Part shown: in pieces, positions 10,245 through 24,360 of the stretch
Layout of the letters: each line of letters opens with the position of its first letter
How positions within the stretch are numbered: position 1 is the first letter of the stretch
Source of the DNA: Takakia lepidozioides
Lineage: Eukaryota; Plantae; Bryophyta
Direction of reading: 5' to 3'
DNA length: 64,000 nucleotides
NCBI GenBank assembly: GCA_030704615.1
Contig: CM060734.1
Location: forward strand, 62,558,001-62,622,000
Translations under genes and position numbers: made by a program
The notes under the pieces: model-generated
What the model was told of the DNA's origin: nothing
Databases searched by the model: none
The model's input: the letters and a program-made list of their open reading frames with translations, nothing else

Positions 10245-13200
10245 ATGCAGGCAGCGCACTCTAGCTGTGTGCACTCTTGCAGGTCAGGACCTCTTTGTCC
10301 TGCCAAGTTTTTTCCTCAGAAAACTGCATGTGGGAAGGCGGTACAATGCAGAAGAGGCAAGGAGGTGAGTACTTTCGGTGTGTGTTTGCACACTCGTTTG
10401 AGAGTAAGGAGACGACGGAAAGACTATGACGGGGAGAAGGAGACATCGAGATGTTACTCTGGTGCTGTGTGGGTCGACTTATCCGGTTCTTGTAAGGGGA
10501 GGGACTCGAGAACTCATGGGATGTCTGGCGTTTGTTTGGCCTCCAACCCCAGTATCTCTAATGCGACTCTGCAGCCAACAGCTGAGGAAGACTCGAATGA
10601 GGTTTATGCTTCTCAACCATTACTCTTTTCTGACTCGGTTCAATTCTTCCTTCCTCCTGAAGACCTTAAGTTATATGGCTCTCAGTCGTTTTCATGCAGA
10701 GTGGCACTAACCAATAGTTTTTCATCCTACAATGCTGCAGTTGACCGGTGACTTCATGAACCCTTGGCCTAAATCTTGCACTCACTTGGGATATTCTGGA
10801 ATTGGTTTCTTGTCGTTCGTCGTTAGTCAACTTAATGTCGGTTCTAGTTCTATTCTGATAACATCCAATGAGGTTGCCGATATTGATAGTTGCATTCCTA
10901 GAGCCTCCCAGTTGAACTGCTTTTGGTGGGGTTTGATCACGGTGAACACTTCATGGTTTATGCATGTACGTGACCATTATGAGAAGGAAAGGCTGGAGAA
11001 GGTAGAAATATTTCTGACATCTGGGGATGTGAATTTGCAGCTGGAATTGGTGGAACCTGACTTCTACAGGATGGGATATATTCGACAAGTGCGAGCTTAT
11101 GGGGTGGTGTTCAAGGAGGGCCCTGAAGGAATAGGCGTATATTCAGCTAAACACATTCTATATCTTGAGAAGCCCAGGGTTGGTTTACTCTGTCTTGGTC
11201 AAGGTTCTCAGTCATCCGTTTCAGTTATGAGAGCAGTCTAGAGATACCTTAAAGTTGATTGCACTCTGCTGCTTTTAAAGTCCCTTAATGAGTGCTTGTT
11301 GATGCAGCTTCTCACAAGACATTGTCTTTCACAAATAGGCTCTGGTCCCCTGAAGTGCATGACTGACATGATTCTGTCATTGATGAAATAAACTCCGGTG
11401 CGGCTAGCCATTAGTTGCCTCGCTCCTTCACTCTAGGCTATGTTTCCAAAAAGCATTAAGGCAGTCTAAACAGGATGTAAATCCCGTCCTCAGAGGACGT
11501 CCGATTGGTTTTGATCTCATTTTCTGTCCATACTCCTCTTGCTTGGGATTTTTTAGGTCATCATGGAAATACCAATGGAGCTGATGGTGACAGTTAGCAA
11601 AGACCCACCCTGGATGTTTCATCCGGACATAGTGCCGATGGGCCATCCGATATTTGAGATCATTAATGCAACCAATGCTGAGGTAGGTATGTAGCATTAC
11701 CAGTAATCCTCTTTCACTACTTCCCTACTCTTGCATGTGTGTTAATTGGTCAATGACATCTTTGGTGAAGGTTGTGCAATTTCCTGGTCACATGCTTGCT
11801 TCTTTGGGCACTTCTGGCTATAGGAGCTTACTGAAAGCAATCATGAATCTGGCCTTGATGTTAAATCTGGCTGACCCAACCTTGTTCAACCTTGTTCATT
11901 AGTGTTTTTCTGGATGTGATCTGTGTTTGTTCAGTGTTCATAACTTGTTGGGAGTAGCAGAGCATATAGGAAGCTGGATGAGAAGGTACTCAGGAATTGA
12001 GCAATTCCTGAATACTGTTGGTGTTCAAATACGCAGATGGAGATAATCCAACTCTCTCTTAATACCTGCATGGACATTTACTGCAAGTTGAGTGGTGTCT
12101 AGTGGGAAAATTACAAGAAAATGCTCTCTAAGAGCAGTTCTGCCGGCATGAAACCAATTTTTTTTGGTCCCTTGCATTTTCAGTAGATTACTGCTCTGCA
12201 CGAGCCAACTCTAGCTATTACGGAGATCTCTTCTGAGCTGTCCAGATATTCTTTTCAGAACTATCTATAGACTGTGAAGCCTGGTTACCCTTTACTACCT
12301 CTGTACACAATGATCTTCATTCATTGCTCCCCTTGCTTGTAGTAGCAACAGTGCTCTCTCTCATGTTGGTTACACTGCAGCCTAATTCTTCAAGTTGGTA
12401 CCGATATGAGCTTCTGGTTAAAGCTTGGCAAACTCTGGGAAGATTGACCAGATTCTCTGTTACTACTTCCATCCAGTTTGGCTGGTGGTTATGAATCTTC
12501 CTAAATGAATACCACCTCACTAGCAACACTGTATTGTGGCTCCAGATATAGTGGAGAGAAGCCCATCAATATGGTCTGCTTAGACTTACTGTGTCTGGGC
12601 TTCACCAAGATCAGACAGTAAGAACCAGGGTTGCAAACTAAAGTGGTAGTTGATGTCAATGCCAACTCATGCCACAACACTCTTCATGGCACTCGATGAA
12701 GTGCTGAAAGTTCTTTCCCTGTCACCTGTTTACACGATAGGTCTCAATTTAAGTCACTGTCAGATTTTAACCAGAGGAAAATTCTCCCTCCGTTAATCAG
12801 GGGAAAGTGTCTACTCTTCAAGCCCAAACATTGGGCTGAAGATTGCATCAAGTTGAAACATTACATTCTCTTTGAGCTTTCCACGGAAGTTATGAAGTAC
12901 CATTTTATTTCATTTCATTTCATGTGAACCATCTGTGGCCACATGGCTATGGCAAGATAAGTGATTAGTACATCATACTTGTGTGTGCGCATATGATGTA
13001 CCAGAAGCTTAGAGAAGTAGAAAACAGTCTGTGGGATCTGGGTGCATGCCTAGTCAGATTGCAAGACACAAAATGAAAAGTAGAGGACGCATGCTAAAGT
13101 CCTGTCAAGTTTTGCACCTTATCTTTTAGGAGTTTCAGTACGAACTGACTCAGGCAGATTTGCTGATCTGTAGCTCATTTCAACACATCACCTTTAAGGC

Positions 13201-16200
13201 TTAAAGAGAGTGTGTCCTTGGCCCACTAATGGGATCCTTGACCGTTAACAAAGCCCACTTAAAAATTCAGTAGACCTGCATATGTGGATGATCCTCATGT
13301 TAGATGAAAGTAATCTGCCCAATTCTGACAGCATCCTCCTGTACATTGACTCTGGATGTTGACTCTTAGAAAGGGGGAGAGGATGTTTGGCTTCTCTTAA
13401 GTTTCAGTCTCATGCAGGTTAGTACAACAATTGACTGTAACTCTCTGTCTATGTCTGTGTCTCTCTCGCTCTCTCATACTTAGCACAGCAAACAACGTCT
13501 TATGAGTTCATTCACACTTTGCTGGGGTCAACTACCATCTGTGTAGGAGTGCAAGGGTATGAATGTCACCAGTTCCTGGTGTTATGTGCTTGTTTACCAA
13601 CCAGTTGGTGAAAGGCTTTTGCAATGTGCCACACCAAGCCTGGAACTTGAAGGAAACATCGATTATGAACAGACTTTTGAGTGAGTGATGATCACATTGG
13701 ATATGTGCAGACAGATTGGGACATAAGGCTGGCCAGTCTGTTGCTACTGGCCCTGGACCAGAAGGACAATTTTTGGCAGCTATACAGTGACTATCTTCCA
13801 GGAGTTGATGACAGCACCAGCCTGCTTCTAGCTTCAGAGGTTGGCAACACTGTCACTTAGCTTGGGAGGACTATTGGAAGCTGAATTTCTGTTGCTTTGG
13901 GAGCTTCCTCTGATGGTGGTGGCAGCTTGTGATCTGCAGTTACTGTTGCAAAATGGAGTGCACTGTAGTGAAGGGTGTTTTGCTCTGCTGTGTGGGCATT
14001 GATTGAGCTTTTGATTTGACCTAGCTTCAGATCACGGAGGAGGATCTGCTGGTTGTGCTGTGTGCAGGAGGAGCTTCAGGAGCTTCAGGATGTTTCTTTA
14101 GCGGTGCATTTAGCTGAGCAGCAGCAACGGGCTGAAGCCTCATGGTGCACATATTGGGTACTCCCTTGTGCATCCTCTGTCAAGTTCTGGTCTTCAGCAC
14201 CACGAACCTCATGGATAGAAGACTTAAGAACCATAAGCTGTTGATGATGTAATCTGTTCTCTAGGGTGGTATGGTGATTATTGACAGGATGCACCTGGAG
14301 AGATGTGGAATGCTTTACACCCTCTCTTATTTTTGAAATACATTGACTTGATGGTGCAGCCATCGGATGCTGCACTCAAGCTGAAAAGGTTGGCGCGTGA
14401 TCCAGAACGGTTCAGGTGGGCCTTGGGGACAGCATGGTCACGTAGTTTTACCATGACCATGACAATTGGTGCAAAAGTTCAGGATGCCCACATGCTCATA
14501 CCCTATGCTGGTAAGTCCAGTCTTGATTTCCTAGATAAACGGACTTAACACTAAAATCTGTCAGTAAGTCCCTATCTCTATGGGGGTCGGATGCTTGTTT
14601 CACTTTGTTCTGCAGGCCAGGGGGTTGGTAGGTTATGGTGGGTCCCAGAAACTCCAGGATGGTCTTCGTCAGACCGTTGTGTTTGGAGTGGGACAGTTTC
14701 AAATGTGAGGGATTTTGTGCAGTCAGAGTGGTTGGGTTGAGTGTTGTATGGGGCAAGTTTATTTATGTAATCAGACCTTCTCAACAAAGGTGTTATTGTC
14801 TGCTGTGTTATCCTAGGGATCGGAAAGAATTGGTGGGCATGTGTGTCAAACAAGGTAAAAGCAAAGAACATGGGTTACTGATGGTGGGCTGGTGGAATGT
14901 AGATATGTTTAACCATTCTTTCAATCCTAATTGCTCTTATCGCTGGCGGAAGCGAGATCGGATGCTTGAAGTGGTTATCAATGCTGACCAGACTATTCGG
15001 GAAGGAGATGAGGTTGGAAATTGAAGGCCTTCATACGAACTTCCCCCTCTTTGTGCACCAAAAAGATTTGATTGGCAAGAGCTCTTGACTTATTCAGCAT
15101 CTGCCCCAGTGTGAATTCGACTCACTTTACAGTTGTCTTTTGAACCATAGGTCCAGCCACCCCCATGTGGTATAGGGACTATGTTCTCATATAAGACATT
15201 GGTGGAGTATTGATATTTGTTGTGGGTCCATGTGCAGATGACATTCAACTACATGGAAAAAGCTATAAACAGTAAATACATGCAACTGTATGGCTTCTCA
15301 GACACTACAGTAAGACATACTGCCCATCCATGCCTATGTTAGCTGAAATCTGTGTGTTTTTGCTTTTTATGTCCCCTTATAGCTAATTTCACATTTGATA
15401 ACAAGGTATAGTAGGAGGTGCTGTTTTACCATCATCTGGTTTCCTGTCCTTGTTTGTGTGCATGTGGTAGTAAGTAGATTTCTTGTGAACCGTAAGATTA
15501 AAGCATCAACAAACTGTGGGAATTGATGTCTTGTTTTGGGAAATGTGCAGAATCCTTGGGATCTGGTTAAGTTTTCTGGTAATTCAAGCATACATTTGGA
15601 TTCTTTCTTGTCTGCATTCAACATCAGTGGTATGGCTGACGAGTATTACTACAATGGTACGTGACCCTGCGGCTCCTTTCGGCAAATAAATATTGAAGCT
15701 CCATTCTCTGGCTGTAGGTCACTGGGAAACCTGCCACGGGTGTTGATGAATATGGGTGGGGTGGACGGTAGCAGCATCCAAAGAAGGGGACACATTTGTG
15801 GATGGAGCAGTAGTGGCAGCAGCACGCTCGTTACCCAGCTGGACAGAGCAAGACCTCCCATTTCTTCCCAGCATGGAGGTCCGCGCTGCACGCAACCTTC
15901 AGCGTGAATGCCTCCATCTGCTTGATGCTTTTCCGACCACTTTGGATGACGACTTGCGGATTCTACGTAAGCCATCTCTGCCCACGTGCATTGGAAGTGA
16001 AGGAACTCCGTGAATGTCCTACTTGGAGAGGAATTTTCTATGTTTGTAGTCTGTCCTTGTAATACCCCTAATTTACTGTAGCAAATCTGGCTCTATGGTG
16101 TTTAGCCTTCATTGTTATTTTGAAAGCCCAGACGTAATGCATTTCTTCAGAGGCCACAAAGTAGAATTAGGGCAGGTTCTGAGCTATTTTATACCCAGTC

Positions 16201-16706
16201 CATATTGGTGGTTGAGGGTGGAACATGTGATGGTTGGTTGACTTGGTTCTTTCTATGGCATTGGCTGTACTGAGCAGATAAAGCTGAAGGGAGAAGCCCA
16301 AGATGGAAGGCTGTTGTGAAGTATCTTTCTAACCAAGCATTGTCCATGTCTATGTGGGAAATGTTAGTGTTATTCAATTGCTTTGTCTGGTGTGTTTCTT
16401 TTACATCTACTTGAAGCAGGTATATGAAGTTCTTAAAGTATACTTTCCTGCTTTATTTTTGGGCTATACCTTACAGATATAGCTCACAGTACTGTTACTG
16501 TCAAATTATTTAGGTTTGTTTTGTCTGACACTTCAGTGGCCATTTTGTCCTCCCAGTTCTTTCTCTCCCATATGCATGCCATCTTCGAAAAGATACGACA
16601 TTGTGTGCAACTCCTGTGTGGATGCAGGTACAGGATCGATCGGAAATTGCTTATTAAAAAGATAATGACCTCTCTTGACATGTACATGGAACGAATTTTG
16701 TATTGA
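10245..16706 (+). CDS. PTAC14: Plastid transcriptionally active chromosome protein 14 (SET-domain PEP-associated protein), multi-exon
   Basis: Exons encode EPDFYRMGYIRQVRAYGVVFKEGPEG (11041-), VIMEIPMEL...PDIVPMGHPIFEIIN (~11557-), DWDIRLA (13711-), LKLKRLARDPERF (~14360-), DMFNHSFNPNC (~14903-), NPWDLVKFSG (~15551-), DTFVDGAVVAAARSLPSW (~15718-) and YRIDRKLLIKKIMTSLDMYMERILY* (~16628-16706). These are collinear with pTAC14. The start codon is inferred. Confidence 0.92.
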
Positions 16707-17972
16707 TTGCTGTTCACTACTCTATTAATGTATATGGAGACTTGTCTGTTTCCTACATAAACTTGGATTGCTACAAGTAAATCCCTCCAAGGTTGGCATC
16801 ATAGCAACTGCTTTCAGCTTTTGAACAGTGTGCCAAAGTAGTTCAGAGTTGGTTCCACCTGTTTGTCACAATTCTCACATTTAGAGTAGCCATCCATAAA
16901 TGTGCAACGGACTTGCCCCTAATACACCAAGCAGCAGAAGAGTTCCAAGTACAGGATACATGGCTGCTATACCTTTTTCTCCACTGTTAGCTGTGCCAAA
17001 TAAAGCTGTTCAGAAACATTTCTAGGTCATCGGAAGTAGAGCCCATTTAGACAAGTGCACATCCAGTATGTTACATGATATCACAATTCCGGTTCTACTT
17101 TCTTGCCCTGAGATCCTTTCTGCAGAGCCACCCAAGATAAACATTCTGAGCATATGAGATCTCAGCTAGATATACTTCTCAAGAAAGCATGTATCCAATG
17201 TGAGTAATTTGCAATAACAATATTACTTCTGTCCAGCCCATGCGCACTCCCTGCCTTAACCATTAAAAAGGCAGGACAAGGAACAAACAGTCAAGTAAAA
17301 GCTGGCACATATTGCTCAAGTATTAGAATTGATATGGCAGGTTTGACTACACTAGGTATACCATTTCCAATCTCATTGATATAAAAAGGATGAAGCCTCC
17401 TAAGGAAGCCAAAATCATAATGTATTTTCATCCCCAGGGACTACTGCCTTCCGTTGGAAGGTGGACACCCTAGATCACCTCACTAAGGTTATGCACAAGC
17501 AAGGCACAAACCACAAACCTCCCTCAAGTACCTGTTCTTGATACATACTATCCTTGACAATGGCCACAACATACCATACGATTTCTGATCTCACTAAAAT
17601 ATAACCATATTTGGTCTCCCAGGCTATGTTTTTGCTCTAATATTAAGATTCCTGGATATATATCATGCAAAACCCATGACGATTTGACTTATGGGATATT
17701 ATACAACTCTGTGCATCATTTTCTATTACCTCCAATGCCGCCTTAAGTTTTTGATTTTCTCTTTTTTTTTTTTCTAAAAGAAGAGGGAACGGTGGCCCTC
17801 CAAGCTTTTTTAAAAGGAGATAAATAAAGAAATACAGGGGATAGCAAGGAAAAAATAACCTTGCAGCAGAAAGCCATGCAGACCGACCGGAGTCCAGGGG
17901 TAGAGCCTAACAGAAGCTAGAGAGTACTGATTCCTCTTAGAATTTTCAAAAAGAGAGATGAGCTTTAGATTT

Positions 17973-18160
17973 ATTGGCTCTCTTGTAGAGAGAGTGACTT
18001 TGCATCATGTTGAAGTCGGCCTAGAAAATGTGGTCAAAGGACCTTACACCGTGTCAAGGCTCTCATTGGTGTGTTGTGCTGAGTCATGCTCCCTAGTCTT
18101 ACCTTCCTCTTATGTTTTGCCAAAGCAAGAGAGCCCATTGCCCGTTGAGGCTTGTTTTAT
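17973..18160 (+). repeat. ~190-bp direct repeat, copy 1 (copy 2 at ~22808-23000)
   Basis: Shared core CCTTACACCGTGTCAAGG...GTGTTGTGCTGAGTCATGCTCCCTAGTCTTACCTTC. Confidence 0.85.
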
Positions 18161-18514
18161 TTTTTTAAAGAAATTCCTCAATCGTAGGCCTTCATTAAAG
18201 TACCAAAAAAGTAATATCCTGAGCTGAATGCCCCAGCAGCCCATTTGTCGGCTTCTACCATCCAACCCTCTCCAACACCAACACTCTAGGAAGTGCCTCA
18301 AAAGGTAGCTGAAATGTCCAGTGAACCGCCTTTTCTGACTTTGAGAACTGTGAATCAGTATGTGTACAAACCACACCAAATATGCGAGGCACTAGTGTTT
18401 TTGTCCAAATTTCATGGCTCCAACAGTACCTATACACGGGAAAGAAATATCCAGCTAAGGATTGGAAGGAAAAATGTGTATGTACAGTGGAACTTCCATG
18501 GAACTTGAAGAAAA

Positions 18515-20357
18515 CTATCGAGTTCCTTGCACAAAGGCAGACTCTGCAAGGTCGATAGCACGACCAAGCCCGGCAGCTTTATTCTCACACTCTTGATACT
18601 CACTCTCTGGATCACTGTCAGCAACAATGCACCCGCCTGGAGATGAACCACCCACTCACAACGATGGTTTGTATGTTTGTATGAGTAGATTGTGTCTGTG
18701 CGTCGGGTAGGGAACACCATAGTGCGGAGGGCCAAAGCTAAGTCCATGTCACCAGTGAAAGAGATCCCACCAATGCCACCACTGTAGGGACCCCTTTGAG
18801 TGGGTTCCAACTCATCGATGAGTTCCATGGCCCTCACCTTGGGAGCCCCACTAACTGTGCCCACTGGTAATGCAGCACGCAGAGCATCCCAGCATGAGAG
18901 ATCATCCAGCAGCTCACCTGTGACAGTGGAACTAATGTGCATCACATGAGAGAAGCGCTCAATCTCCATCAGCTTCTCTACTTTCACTGTCCCGGCCTTT
19001 GACACTTTGCCAACATCATTACGGCCTAAGTCAACAAGCACGACATGCTCGGCACACTCTTTCTCATCAGCACGCTCTATCTCTTTGTCCTCTTCAATTG
19101 TTTTGCCACGCCTCCGAGTCCCAGCTAGCGGCCTGTTCACCACCTTCACCTTTGTGATGCGAGTGAGGATCTCAGGGCTGGAAGCCACCAATATCGAGCC
19201 CCGAGCCTGCAAATATATCATGTAGGGGCTTGGATTCACAACGCGAAGTGCACGGTAGACTTCAAAAGGATCAGCAAATGTGCGACGCTCAAAGCGCTGG
19301 CTCAAGACCAGCTGGAAAATGTCACCTGCCAAAATGTGCTCCTTCACCTTTAAAATCGCTTCCTTGAACTGATCACGGGTAAATGTGGAAATCCCTTTGT
19401 CTTGGCCAAATTGCGTTATTGACATGTCCACGGAACCACTAGGGAGTTTTGGTCTGTCCACAGACTGAAGGCGAGCCACCAACTGATCCAGCCGGCGCCG
19501 CCCATCCTTGTAAGCAAGCTCCAGGGTGTCAAACCGCTCAATGTGGACCCAATGTACCACATACACCATCTTGGACACACTGTCAAAGACCACCACGTCA
19601 TTGTAGAGCCCCAAATGGATGTCAGGAAGGCCACGGTCGTCCTGAGGAGCTCCGGAAAAAGGCAACTTCTTCCTCTCGGTGTACCTCACCGTATCATATG
19701 AGAAATAGCCGACCCACCCACCACAGTATATATCTGGAAGACCATCAACTTTAACTGGCTGCCACTGGGATGCAATCTCCGAGGGCTCCGACATGGGATC
19801 TTCCGACATTTTCTCCACCCGGGTGCCTTCCTCATGGTTCAATACAGTCACTGAGTCCTGCTTGGCTATCACCTCCATGGACGGCTGCGCGCCGACCATG
19901 CTGTATTGCCCCTGGCTGACAGTAGGCCCATTCTCAACAGACTCAAACAGGAAACACGGTCATCTTCCTTGACAAGGCAACGATACGCCCCCACTGGAGT
20001 CAAACCATCAGAAAATATGCGGCGAAACAGTGGTACCAGATTGCCCCTTTGTGAGGCCTCCATGAACTGCAAACGCTCTGGAGAGGAGTCTGGGGCTTGA
20101 ACAGCCGGTGTGTCCAGAGCTGTGTTGAATACCTTGCAAGTAATTGTTGGCTTCCTGCCATATTGATATCCCTTCTCAATGCAGAGGCTACCTGGCAACA
20201 GACGGTCTCTCCACGTCTTCGTAGAGAGAGTCTTTCCACCATGGTCTGCATAGAAGGCGCTTGGACACCGCGCAGCAATTCCATTTTTCTTGGCCAGATA
20301 AGTAGAACCTTTTGTCGAGAGACCGCGGATGGAAATCACAGCGCCCAAACACTCCAT
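18515..20357 (-). pseudogene. Processed (intronless) pseudogene of anthranilate synthase alpha subunit
   Basis: Transit peptide, GNLVPLFRRIFSDGLTPVGAYRCLVKEDDR, GGWVGYFSYD, NPSPYM, AEHVVLVDLGRNDVGKV, GTVSGAPKVRAM. No introns. Frameshift near 19955, in-frame deletion near 19075, and frameshift after HLQAG near 18630. The true C-terminus IVADSDP...[10 protein letters not shown] is in another frame. Confidence 0.9.
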
Positions 20358-21416
20358 CTGCTCAGAACGAAAATTCCTGAATTGGGTAGAAAAGAGGATT
20401 GGCAGCCGCACGCGTCCACCAAAGGCTTCGAATGACCTTCAGCCCAATGTGCATTCAACGATCAAGCAGGGTCAGAATACAAAAGATGTAATGGAGATCT
20501 ATGGCAAACAACTCCGCCTAGATTGGTAGAGTAGAAGGCAACCAACCCCAACTCAAATTGAAAGCTCAAATGTAAGAAGAATTAAATGAGAGCAGAGGAA
20601 GATCAGGGAAACCAAGAAACAAGAAGGCTTACAGTGTAGGCTCGTGTAGGAGCCGGAGAGAACGAAGAGGGCATCAAGAATTCACGGAAGACAGGATGAA
20701 ATGCCCCATAGATACATATGCTTTATACTGATTACTACCTCCCCGCCCGAGCCCATGGCCGCAGCCCTCAAGGCTGTGGCCATCCAGACCGCCGAGGCAA
20801 CGCAGTGAAGAGAGAGACTGGTCCCGTAGCTCTCACTACCCGAGACTGATTGAAATTTGAAATCCTTCATATTCTTCAAACTAACTTGGGTTTTTTTGCG
20901 TTGTCTTTTAGGGAGTAAGGGAGTAATAACATACTTGAATTTATGAACTGAACAACCATTGAGGGTTCTACTCTATTTTCTTTCATGTTTTAGGGGAGGA
21001 AAACCTCAAAATGCATTGAAAGGCAAGGAAATATAACCTCAAGGAGGCAGGAAGGCAGTGGGGGTTGAGGCAATAGACAGGCAATAGCCCCAAGGTCACA
21101 CAAAGACCAGTCCCAAACAAAAGCCACAACCACCTTGGGCAGCAAATAGAAAACTGCCACGGGGAGGGGAACAAGAGAGAACAAGACCATCGAAAATACA
21201 TTGAACACATGTTGAAAAGACTCTACGGTACTTACAAGGATTACACAGATATTGAATGTTTGCTACGCAAGAGTCTCAAAGTTGAGATGCGCTTTGATCT
21301 AGATGTTTCGATTTCTACGGTGCCGCCAATTGATATCTTCATCAAACTCTGTGGGTGACCGGGGGTTATGAGATCCTCCAACAGTCGGGAATGCATGTGG
21401 ATTGGATCGTGTCAAG

Positions 21417-21970
21417 CAATGTTGGATTGGTATACCGATAAGAAACTGGTATCAATATTGGTATGTATAACCAGTCTGGTATCACCTCAGGCCACCACCT
21501 AGCATATACCCGTATTGGCCTGGTATCTGCTTCCTAATACCATGGATGATACCCTACCAATCTGGTAAGGTGGTTGAAAATCTGGTACCTGATACCAGTA
21601 CCAGATCCATTTTTGTGAGGAAAACCTGATATCAGTACTTTGAGGAACTTGAGGAATACTTTGAGGAATGAAATCAATGAGAAGCATGCTTGTACACATT
21701 TATATGAGAAGTGGGCCTTTCAATATTCAACATATCATGAGTTTTTTTGATACCAGACCAGTATTGATTAATACCCTAGTATCGATTTCTAAAAACTCTT
21801 GCTATTGATACCCCTTAACACCACACCAATCAGGTATTATTGATAGCACCATAGTATCCTAATCTCAGATTTTTGCCAATACCAGTACCTCCCTGGTATC
21901 ACAATTAGCCGGAGGCCTATATACCAGTACCAGCCTGGTGTGTTCAAAATACGATACCGGTCCAACACTG
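21417..21970. mobile_element. Non-autonomous hAT-type element (MITE)
   Basis: TIRs CAATGTTGGATTGGTAT / ATACCGGTCCAACACTG. 8-bp TSD GTGTCAAG at 21409-21416 and 21971-21978. TGGTAT/ATACCA subterminal repeats. Confidence 0.88.
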
Positions 21971-22205
21971 GTGTCAAGCATGTTAGTATTATGGCCAACC
22001 TAGATTATGTAAAAGGGGAAAATTATGTCAATTGGTTACTCAATGTCTCGTTGAGAGAGAGAAGGTTGAGCAAATGCATGGGCTCAATTACGGTAGTTGT
22101 CGACCCACTTGCCAATAGCACGAACCCTAGAAGCAAAAGAAAAGGATTTTACGAAAGAAAAAAACCCAAAGAAAGGATATAAAATAAAATCGATCCCCAT
22201 GGGAT

Positions 22206-22490
22206 CAGCGTCTTTTGTTTTGGCGAATTTTCGCCAAATGGCGACCTCAAAAATATAAAAGAATATTCCGTAGCAAATTCCACGTTTTCTCATGGATGAA
22301 ATTGCCAAATTTCTCCAAAACAAATAAAAATTATGGATGAATTCGCCAAATATGGATGATATGAATGGATGAAAGTATGGATGTGGATGATTCTGTCCTG
22401 TTGAATGGATGAACAGAATATATGCCTAATTTTTGCAAAACTCTGTAGCCACTCGTGCTATTTTCCGAATTATTAAAAAAAAAACCTCTG
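22206..22490. mobile_element. 285-bp MITE
   Basis: Imperfect TIRs CAGCGTCTTTT / AAAAACCTCTG. Near-perfect 8-bp TSD CATGGGAT / CATGGGAA. Internal palindrome TTTGGCGAATTTTCGCCAAA. Confidence 0.65.
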
Positions 22491-22807
22491 CATGGGAACC
22501 TTTGTAAAAAGCTATAAATTCTTAAAATCCCAAGAAATCAAAAACAAATCATGGACTCCCTATGATCGCTCTGAAAATTTGATGATTTTTTCAAAACTTC
22601 GAAAATTTTAGAAATTGATTTTAAAAAACGACCCTAAGAGGTCACTCAAAAAAATGACAAATTCTATCGGCTTCTCTTTATTCTAAAGAGGAGACACTAC
22701 GCATCTGTATCAAAAAATTGCTCCCTTGTCGTGCATTCCCTACATGTCACCTCCTCTCCTTTCCATGATGTGCCTAATATCAATATATGCAGCAAGCCAG
22801 TTTGTTC

Positions 22808-23000
22808 ATTGGCTCTCTTTTAGAGAGAGGCTTTGCGGAGACATGCAAGTCAATGGAGAAAATATGGTCAAAGTACCTTACACCGTGTCAAGGCGCTGAT
22901 TGCTGTGTTGTGCTGAGTCATGCTCCCTAGTCTTACCTTCTCTTATGTTGTGCCAAAGCAAAGCAAGAGAGTCAATTGCCATTTCAGACTTGTTTTTAAT
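22808..23000 (+). repeat. ~190-bp direct repeat, copy 2
   Basis: Aligns with 17973-18160. Confidence 0.85.
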
Positions 23001-24360
23001 TGAAACCTTAAGAGTGTGAGACACAACAAATGGTTTGCAAATGAAAATCTGAGGTTAACTAGTACGAAATGATCGCGTGTATACTAATGTTGCTTGAATC
23101 TCAACAAGCAGAGAAAGTGTAACATGCAACAAATGAAGAATCTGTCGTGCACCTAAGCATCGTGCCACAACATACATCGTTGTCCACCACACAATCTAAA
23201 TGAATCCACCCTACAAAGCCCTCAACACACTCCTTCTCAATACCTAGAGCTATGGAGGTGAGAGAAGCTCATGGAGGCTCAACTACAAGAAGATGAGCCT
23301 CCTCAACACTCACAAGGGGAAAACCTATCTCCATGTCTCAAGTGAGGCTCGACACCTCACTTGGCATGTGAGACCAAATGAAGTCCCAACACACAAAATA
23401 TAAATATAAATGTCTAAAATGTCCTAGTTAATTAGAAGTAGGTAATTCTAGATAACCATGACTAAAACCATGACAAATCTCTCAAACTATTGATGAGTAG
23501 ATACATGGACAATTCCTGTTTCATCTATTACACATGTAGACCAGTGAGTCCGAAAGTTGAGGATTTTCTTTTCTTCCATAATCCTCTAGAATTGTTTCCA
23601 GAAGCTCGTGCTGTCATTGTAACTGATATGCTATAAGGCAAACAACTTCCAAATAGCTAGGGACCGATAGACAAAACAGGAATCCCTTAATAACCTTCAA
23701 GACAGTCACCACACTAACATACACCATTCACTAAGTAATCAATGCACTAGCTACTTGTCCCTCAAATGACGGTGGCTTGAATAAAACATCCCAGAAAAAC
23801 CGACTTAGTGATAGGGATGTTGCATCAATGCCTGGGCTGTTTCGCATGAGATATCATTAGGAGAGCACACGCGAATTCTACTGAAGCAATGGCTAATTCT
23901 GGTGTCCTGGAATATGCCGTTTTAAAACTTAATCGGAAGAAAACCGTCCATTGAAGTGCCTGAACACAATCCGAGCCACCAAGATTTATATTAAGAGAGG
24001 CTGCAGAAAGACACTGAGAGATCCTCGTGATACCGAGGGTATAGCTTCCAAGTTATGTACTGGTTGCATGACAAATGAAATAGCCATAGATTGGCAGGAA
24101 TGCAGCTTGCGACTTGTGGCAATGATTGCTTGGTGGGACCACAACAAAAGAGACAGCAATGCCTTGACATTGAAACCTAAAGAACCAGTTCTCAGAGGCA
24201 ACACAAGTCTGTCACTACCCTTTATCCTTGGTTTGCCATTGAGACTTTTGTCGAAACTAGGAAACTGTTCATAGACACCCCTCTCTTTTGCATCTGCCGA
24301 GGTGACTGCACAGGAAACAGACCTCTTTGCACAACTGAAGCATTTACAGACATAAGAAAG

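Noticed and set aside
18430-19899. 489-aa ORF as a complete functional anthranilate synthase
   Set aside because: It starts after an upstream frameshift and leaves the conserved frame after HLQAG. It is part of a pseudogene.
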